A stretch of 10,459 bases of DNA from Escherichia coli. GTDB lineage: Bacteria > Pseudomonadota > Gammaproteobacteria > Enterobacterales > Enterobacteriaceae. The notes under the pieces are model-generated. The model saw nothing but the letters and a program-made list of their open reading frames with translations, ran no database searches and was not told the origin of the DNA. Each line of letters opens with the position of its first letter. Positions within the stretch are counted from its first letter, which is position 1. Below, piece by piece: positions 5,942 through 10,459 of the stretch. Position numbers and translations under genes: made by a program. The stretch lies in the NCBI RefSeq assembly GCF_003334765.1, contig NZ_QOWT01000058.1. One strand, 5' to 3'.

Positions 5942-6247
5942 TTATCGACAGGTCAGGTCACCGCTCACCCGCCGACGAGAAAGCAACACTGACATGCTAA
6001 AGCAAAAAATAGATGAATAAGTTGAGTTGTGCATATGTAGCCTGACCGTCACAAAGTATATGGTGTCTGTACCAGTAAGATGATGGCCGGACTCTTTAAA
6101 AACGAGCTGACCTGCACAATACAGGATGGACTTAGCAATGGCTGCTCCTGGCACAAAGCGGACAGTGATCACCGTTCTTACGACTACTTTCTGACTTCCT
6201 TCGTGACTTGCCCTAAGCATGTTGTAGTGCGATACTTGTAATGACAT
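5942..6247 (-). CDS. ydfV: YdfV, an uncharacterised Qin prophage ORF. Coding status is doubtful.
   Basis: The 101-aa ORF matches the length and position of K-12 ydfV as I remember it. No recognisable SD precedes the ATG, the start codon lies inside the relBE operator, and the composition is unremarkable. Confidence 0.4.
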   Translation of the reverse strand: MSLQVSHYNMLRASHEGSQKVVVRTVITVRFVPGAAIAKSILYCAGQLVFKESGHHLTGTDTIYFVTVRLHMHNSTYSSIFCFSMSVLLSRRRVSGDLTCR

Positions 6248-6259
6248 TTGTAATTACAA
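6208..6259 (+). promoter_or_regulatory. relBE promoter and relO operator
   Basis: TTGCCC (6208-6213), a 17-nt spacer, then GATACT (6231-6236). TTGTAAT repeats sit at 6236-6242 and 6248-6254, and the palindrome TTGTAATTACAA at 6248-6259 lies just upstream of the relB SD. Confidence 0.7.
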
Positions 6260-6271
6260 GAGGTGTAAGAC

Positions 6272-6511
6272 ATGGGTAGCATTAACCTGCGTATTGACGA
6301 TGAACTTAAAGCGCGTTCTTACGCCGCGCTTGAAAAAATGGGTGTAACTCCTTCTGAAGCGCTTCGTCTCATGCTCGAGTATATCGCTGACAATGAACGC
6401 TTGCCGTTCAAACAGACACTCCTGAGTGATGAAGATGCTGAACTTGTGGAGATAGTGAAAGAACGGCTTCGTAATCCTAAGCCAGTACGTGTGACGCTGG
6501 ATGAACTCTGA
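6272..6511 (+). CDS. relB: RelB antitoxin (type II TA)
   Basis: The 79-aa sequence MGSINLRIDDELKARSYAALEKMGVTPSEALRLMLEYIADNERLPFKQ... is recognised as K-12 RelB. Its stop overlaps the relE ATG (TGATG). Confidence 0.97.
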   Translation: MGSINLRIDDELKARSYAALEKMGVTPSEALRLMLEYIADNERLPFKQTLLSDEDAELVEIVKERLRNPKPVRVTLDEL

Positions 6512-6798
6512 TGGCGTATTTTCTGGATTTTGACGAGCGGGCACTAAAGGAATGGCGAAAGCTGGGCTCGACGGTACGTGAACAGTTGAAAAAGAAGCTG
6601 GTTGAAGTACTTGAGTCACCCCGGATTGAAGCAAACAAGCTCCGTGGTATGCCTGATTGTTACAAGATTAAGCTCCGGTCTTCAGGCTATCGCCTTGTAT
6701 ACCAGGTTATAGACGAGAAAGTTGTCGTTTTCGTGATTTCTGTTGGGAAAAGAGAACGCTCGGAAGTATATAGCGAGGCGGTCAAACGCATTCTCTGA
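6511..6798 (+). CDS. relE: RelE, a ribosome-dependent mRNA interferase toxin
   Basis: The 95-aa sequence MAYFLDFDERALKEWRKLGSTVREQLKKKLVEVLESPRIEANKLRGMPDCYKIKLRSSGYRLVYQVIDEKVVVFVISVGKRERSEVYSEAVKRIL is recognised as K-12 RelE. Confidence 0.97.
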   Translation: MAYFLDFDERALKEWRKLGSTVREQLKKKLVEVLESPRIEANKLRGMPDCYKIKLRSSGYRLVYQVIDEKVVVFVISVGKRERSEVYSEAVKRIL

Positions 6799-6869
6799 AC
6801 CAAAGCATGACATCTCTGTTTCGCACCGAAGGTGACACTTCTGCTTTGCGTTGACAGGAGAAGCAGGCT

Positions 6870-7025
6870 ATGAAGCAGCAAAAGGCGATGTTAATCGCCC
6901 TGATCGTCATCTGTTTAACCGTCATAGTGACGGCACTGGTAACGAGGAAAGACCTCTGCGAGGTACGAATCCGAACCGGCCAGACGGAGGTCGCTGTCTT
7001 CACAGCTTACGAACCTGAGGAGTAA
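6870..7025 (+). CDS. hokD: HokD (RelF), a Hok-family membrane toxin. It falls below the ORF-track length cutoff.
   Basis: Manual translation gives MKQQKAMLIALIVICLTVIVTALVTRKDLCEVRIRTGQTEVAVFTAYEPEE* (51 aa). GGAG lies upstream at 6856-6859. The hok-type context ggtgacacttctgctttgcgttgacaggagaagcaggctATG is present. Confidence 0.9.
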   Translation: MKQQKAMLIALIVICLTVIVTALVTRKDLCEVRIRTGQTEVAVFTAYEPEE

Positions 7026-7092
7026 GAGACCCGGCGGGGGAGAAATCCCTCGCCACCTCTGATGTGGCAGGCATCCTCAACGCACCCGCACT

Positions 7093-7120
7093 TAACCCGC
7101 TTCGGCGGGTTTTTGTTTTT
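7093..7120 (+). terminator. Rho-independent terminator ending the relBE-hokD transcript
   Basis: AACCCGC-ttcg-GCGGGTT followed by TTTTGTTTTTATTTT. Confidence 0.8.
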
Positions 7121-7132
7121 ATTTTCAACGCG

Positions 7133-7162
7133 TTTGAAGTTCTGGACGGTGCCGGAATAGAA
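7133..7162 (+). promoter_or_regulatory. Candidate sigma70 promoter upstream of rem
   Basis: TTGAAG (7133-7138), an 18-nt spacer, then TAGAAT (7157-7162), about 80 nt upstream of the rem ATG. Confidence 0.3.
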
Positions 7163-7241
7163 TCAAAAATACTTAAGTAGCGCGCAGGGATAAGAGGGAT
7201 GGTCCCTTAAAGGGGAGAGCTAATTATCCGGAAGGATTCTG

Positions 7242-7493
7242 ATGATGAACATCGAAGAACTGCGTAAAATTTTTTGTGAAGATGGCCTCTATGCTGTGTG
7301 CGTTGAAAATGGAAATCTTGTTAGTCATTACCGCATTATGTGTTTGCGAAAGAATGGGGCTGCGTTAATTAATTTTGTGGATGCTCGGGTCACGGACGGA
7401 TTTATCTTGCGCGAAGGTGAGTTTGTCACTTCATTACAGGCATTGAAAGAGATCGGAATAAAAGCTGGCTTTTCTGCTTTTTCAGGAGAATAA
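7242..7493 (+). CDS. rem: Rem, a Qin prophage protein of unknown function
   Basis: The 83-aa ORF MMNIEELRKIFCEDGLYAVCVENGNLVSHYRIMCLRKNGAALINF... matches K-12 Rem in size and position as I remember it. GGAAGG lies 7 nt upstream of the ATG. Confidence 0.85.
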   Translation: MMNIEELRKIFCEDGLYAVCVENGNLVSHYRIMCLRKNGAALINFVDARVTDGFILREGEFVTSLQALKEIGIKAGFSAFSGE

Positions 7494-7559
7494 ACTCATC
7501 TACAATCTTGCGCGGGGCTGAACTCCCGCTGAGTAACACCGTGCCACCGGAGAAAACCG

Positions 7560-7838
7560 ATGGCACGCAACGCAAAATATTACAATTCTGATAATTCGCC
7601 CGTTCTTGCCTGCACGCACGGGCGGTATTCTCACGCATTCAAGTCTGAATGGTTCCAGCACCCTCCATGCACTGCAGAACAGGCCGAATGGCTGATTCAT
7701 TCTTACCGCAGGCGCGGGTTCGAGGTTAAGAAAGCTCTCAGTCTCGACTATCGGCACTGGATAATCTCTGTCAGGCTGCCTTATTCCGAACGCCCACCAC
7801 GTGCGTCCCGCACTTTCCAGCAACGGATCTGGAGGTAA
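7560..7838 (+). CDS. Hypothetical 92-aa protein, translationally coupled to ydfU
   Basis: GGAG (7549-7552) lies 7 nt before ATG 7560. The stop TAA (7836-7838) is 1 nt before the ydfU GTG, and the ydfU SD GGAGG (7831-7835) lies within the last codons of this ORF. The sequence …CTAEQAEWLIHSYRRRGFEVKKALSLDYRHWIISVRLP… looks protein-like. Confidence 0.55.
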   Translation: MARNAKYYNSDNSPVLACTHGRYSHAFKSEWFQHPPCTAEQAEWLIHSYRRRGFEVKKALSLDYRHWIISVRLPYSERPPRASRTFQQRIWR

Positions 7839-7839
7839 C

Positions 7840-8889
7840 GTGCGGGTATTACTTAGACCTGTTCTGGTGCCTGAGCTTGGGCTGGTGGTCCTTAAGCCGG
7901 GCCGTGAATCCATACAGATATTTCATAATCCTCGAGTGCTGGTGGAACCGGAACCAAAAAGCATGCGTAATCTGCCATCCGGAGTCGTTCCTGCCGTTCG
8001 CCAGCCGCTGGCGGAAGACAAAACATTGCTGCCGTTTTTTAGTAACGAACGGGTGATTCGTGCTGCTGGCGGCGTTGGCGCATTGTCCGACTGGCTATTA
8101 CGTCATGTTACATCCTGCCAGTGGCCTAATGGCGATTACCATCACACTGAAACAGTCATTCACCGTTATGGTACCGGCGCAATGGTGTTGTGCTGGCACT
8201 GCGACAACCAACTGCGTGACCAGACATCGGAATCACTGGAGCTGCTTGCTCAACAAAATCTGACAGCATGGGTGATTGACGTCATCCGTCACGCAATAAG
8301 CGGTACGCAGGAGCGGGAATTATCTTTGGCTGAATTATCCTGGTGGGCGGTCTGCAATCAGGTGGTGGATGCACTACCTGAGGCTGTATCGCGTCGTTCG
8401 CTGGGATTACCAGCGGAAAAAATCTGCTCGGTGTACCGCGAAAGCGACATCGTACCGGGAGAGCAGACCGCCACCAGCATATTGAAACAACGCACAAAAA
8501 ATCTTGCACCGTTGCCTTACGCCCACCAGCAACAAAAATCACCACAGGAAAAGACGGTGGTAAGCATCACCGTTGATCCAGAGTCTCCGGAATCTTTCAT
8601 GAAGCTGCCTAAACGTCGCCGCTGGGTTAAGGAGAAATACACACGTTGGGTTAAGACACAGCCGTGTGCTTGCTGCGGTATGCCAGCCGACGATCCGCAT
8701 CATCTGATTGGTCACGGGCAGGGCGGAATGGGAACAAAAGCACATGATCTCTTTGTGTTGCCTTTGTGCAGAAAGCATCACAACGAGCTGCATACGGATA
8801 CAGTGGCATTTGAAGATAAGTATGGCTCCCAACTGGAGCTGATATTTCGTTTTATCGATCGCGCGCTGGCAATTGGCGTACTGGCGTAA
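7840..8889 (+). CDS. ydfU: YdfU, a DUF968-type protein with a C-terminal HNH-like Cys/His motif
   Basis: A GTG start at 7840 gives 349 aa, the K-12 YdfU length as I remember it. The C-terminus reads QPCACCGMPADDPHHLIGHGQGGMGTKAHDLFVLPLCRKHHNELH (CxxC...HH...CxxHHxxxH). Confidence 0.85.
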   Translation: MRVLLRPVLVPELGLVVLKPGRESIQIFHNPRVLVEPEPKSMRNLPSGVVPAVRQPLAEDKTLLPFFSNERVIRAAGGVGALSDWLLRHVTSCQWPNGDYHHTETVIHRYGTGAMVLCWHCDNQLRDQTSESLELLAQQNLTAWVIDVIRHAISGTQERELSLAELSWWAVCNQVVDALPEAVSRRSLGLPAEKICSVYRESDIVPGEQTATSILKQRTKNLAPLPYAHQQQKSPQEKTVVSITVDPESPESFMKLPKRRRWVKEKYTRWVKTQPCACCGMPADDPHHLIGHGQGGMGTKAHDLFVLPLCRKHHNELHTDTVAFEDKYGSQLELIFRFIDRALAIGVLA

Positions 8890-8902
8890 GTGGAGAACGA
8901 GC

Positions 8903-9655
8903 ATGAACCTTGAAGCCTTACCAAAATATTACTCCCCAAAATCTCCAAAATTGAGCGATGACGCTCCAGCGACAGGCACCGGTTGTTTAACAATTACGGA
9001 TGTAATGGCAGCGCAGGGGATGGTGCAGTCGAAAGCACCACTTGGGTTGGCCTTATTTCTGGCAAAAGTTGGTGTTCAGGACCCTCAGTTTGCGATTGAA
9101 GGCCTGCTAAATTACGCGATGGCACTGGATAACCCGACATTGAACAAATTGAGTGAAGAAATCCGGTTACAGATTATTCCTTACCTCGTGAGTTTTGCCT
9201 TTGCTGATTACTCCAGGTCTGCGGCAAGTAAGGCTCGCTGTGAGCATTGTTCAGGTACGGGATTTTATAATGTATTGCGCGAAGTGGTGAAACACTACAG
9301 ACGCGGGGAATCTGTAATCAAGGAAGAATGGGTGAAGGAACTATGTCAGCATTGCCATGGTAAGGGCGAAGCCAGCACAGCGTGCAGAGGGTGTAAGGGT
9401 AAAGGGATTGTTCTGGATGAAAAAAGAACCCGGTTTCATGGCGTACCGGTATATAAGATTTGTGGGCGTTGTAATGGAAACCGGTTTAGTCGTTTACCGA
9501 CCACGCTGGCACGACGTCATGTCCAGAAGCTGGTACCAGACCTGACCGATTATCAGTGGTATAAGGGGTATGCGGACGTCATTGGTAAACTGGTAACAAA
9601 GTGCTGGCAGGAAGAAGCATACGCGGAAGCGCAATTGAGGAAGGTGACGAGATAA
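8903..9655 (+). CDS. quuQ: Q-family late-gene antiterminator homologue with a DnaJ-like zinc-finger array
   Basis: ATG 8903 is preceded by GGAGAACGAGC and gives 250 aa, beginning MNLEALPKYYSPKSPKLSDD... There are four CxxCxGxG-like repeats: CEHCSGTG, CQHCHGKG, CRGCKGKG and CGRCNGNR. The gene lies just upstream of a late-type promoter and terminator. Confidence 0.85.
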   Translation: MNLEALPKYYSPKSPKLSDDAPATGTGCLTITDVMAAQGMVQSKAPLGLALFLAKVGVQDPQFAIEGLLNYAMALDNPTLNKLSEEIRLQIIPYLVSFAFADYSRSAASKARCEHCSGTGFYNVLREVVKHYRRGESVIKEEWVKELCQHCHGKGEASTACRGCKGKGIVLDEKRTRFHGVPVYKICGRCNGNRFSRLPTTLARRHVQKLVPDLTDYQWYKGYADVIGKLVTKCWQEEAYAEAQLRKVTR

Positions 9656-9686
9656 ATGATTTTTGCTGAAGATGGCGACATGATGT

Positions 9687-9715
9687 TTGCATTTTTCAAA
9701 AAATATGGATAAAAT
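9687..9715 (+). promoter_or_regulatory. Candidate PR'-type late promoter, presumably the site of Q loading
   Basis: TTGCAT (9687-9692), a 17-nt spacer, then TAAAAT (9710-9715). It lies 32 nt after the quuQ stop and about 50-70 nt before a strong terminator, resembling the lambdoid PR'-tR' arrangement. Confidence 0.45.
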
Positions 9716-9760
9716 TTTTTCAACGATGGGCTTTGTATACCCGACGTTAAGAAAAAGTAG

Positions 9761-9790
9761 AAAACCCGCTGATGAGCGGGTTTTGTGCTT
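9761..9790. terminator. Bidirectional rho-independent terminator: a tR'-like stop for the short late leader, and a terminator for the convergent cspF transcript
   Basis: AAAACCCGCT-gatg-AGCGGGTTTT. T runs follow the stem on both strands (TTTTGTGCTTT on plus; TTTTCTACTTTTTC on minus). Confidence 0.8.
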
Positions 9791-9932
9791 TAAATGGGGC
9801 AATGGTAATGTTGAATCTCATCCCGGGACTCATGTCTGTTAACTTATTATTTAGCTGGTGACTTGGTTATTTGCCTGATGTTTAAAATGTTTTCTTCCAG
9901 TACAATGTCCCTAAACACAATGAGTCTGCTTA

Positions 9933-10022
9933 TTATATTATTAGCAGAGCTATTACGGCCAAAGTACAGCATAAGCTTTTAAAGCCAATCAACCAGTCAT
10001 CAAGACAGACGGGGTTATTCAT
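9933..10022 (-). CDS. Candidate 29-aa hydrophobic small protein downstream of cspF
   Basis: Manual translation gives [35 protein letters not shown] lies 5 nt upstream of the ATG. It is on the same strand as cspF, 54 nt after the cspF stop. There is no homology evidence. Confidence 0.3.
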
Positions 10023-10076
10023 AAAAACTCTCCATGTGTGATCCGATGGGGCCTGAAATTAAAGCTTTAATATAGC

Positions 10077-10289
10077 TCATGAAAGGTAAACATTGGCAGC
10101 TGAAGGGCCACGCAGACCATTTATCCGGCAAAATTCCACGCGTAATCCGGTGGTAATTTCTTCTGCATCGCGGAGATTGAGCGCTGAAACATGAAGCTGG
10201 ACATCGATACGACCATCGGATGGGGTGATAAGACCCTTGCCGCTTTTGCCGTCAAAGGTTTTGACAATTCCTGTCATTTTACGGGACAA
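10077..10289 (-). CDS. cspF: CspF/CspH-family cold-shock-domain protein
   Basis: The 70-aa sequence [27 protein letters not shown]...[21 protein letters not shown] has the N- and C-terminal signatures of K-12 CspF/CspH as I remember them. It occupies the Qin position next to quuQ. Confidence 0.85.
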
Positions 10290-10459
10290 AAAAATTCCTT
10301 AATACTGATAACTTGGCGCACTATACACACGTTCCTGAAGAAAGCTATAGTTTTTTGATGGGGTTGAAGATGGCTGGATGTCTAAGGAAGGTGCGAATAA
10401 GCGGGGAAATACTTCTCGGCTGACTCAGTCATTTCATTTCTTCATGTTTGAGCCGATTT

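Noticed and set aside
6254-6634. A 126-aa ORF on the minus strand
   Set aside because: It is entirely antisense to the well-recognised relB and relE genes and has no SD, so it is a shadow ORF.
7500-7913. A 137-aa ORF on the minus strand
   Set aside because: It is antisense to the 92-aa ORF and the ydfU 5' end. Its Pro/Arg/Gly/Ser-rich composition is typical of antisense frames in GC-rich coding sequence.
8282-8993. Minus-strand ORFs at 8282-8545, 8539-8904 and 8778-8993, and the plus-strand ORF at 8060-8263
   Set aside because: They overlap ydfU and quuQ out of frame or in antisense, and nothing independent supports them.
10290-10459. Possible promoter and long 5' leader of a divergently transcribed cspB, as expected from K-12 synteny
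   Set aside because: The window ends before any cspB coding sequence. I could not identify a convincing promoter or cold-box motif by eye, so I did not call it as a feature.
1-10459. A search for CRISPR arrays, tRNA/tmRNA-like cloverleaf elements, rRNA fragments and tandem repeats
   Set aside because: I saw no spaced direct repeats, no T-arm (GGTTCGAATCC-like) motif and no rRNA-like sequence on either strand.

Overview
This window is a Qin-type cryptic lambdoid prophage segment of E. coli/Shigella. From memory of E. coli K-12, I recognise the right half (5.3-10.4 kb) as the Qin block flxA, ydfV, relB-relE-hokD, rem, ydfU, quuQ and cspF, inverted relative to K-12 numbering. Its regulatory sites are readable in the sequence: a sigma28 promoter for flxA, the relO operator, a Q-associated late-type promoter with a bidirectional terminator, and the hokD terminator. 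The left half (1-5.3 kb) is not the K-12 arrangement and is heavily damaged by IS elements. An IS30 right end (1-77) abuts a 5'-truncated IS3-family (IS600-like) copy (78-~1016). That copy cuts the 3' end of a minus-strand hypothetical gene. Next come a Ren-like ORF, a DPPH-motif DNA methyltransferase and three small translationally coupled ORFs; the methyltransferase and the three small ORFs are each broken by an in-frame TAA or TAG. After these lie an AT-rich islet encoding a 59-aa two-TM protein with a strong SD, a hairpin-dense non-coding stretch of about 200 nt, and an ISNCY/IS1202-like insertion sequence (~3597-5212). I found no tRNA, rRNA or CRISPR array. The items most worth follow-up are the unexplained structured RNA-like segment beside the small membrane protein, the clustered in-frame stops, an ORF between rem and ydfU that I do not recall being annotated in K-12, and a strong sigma70-like promoter antisense to ydfV. 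All family and gene names come from my recollection of sequences, not from a search.
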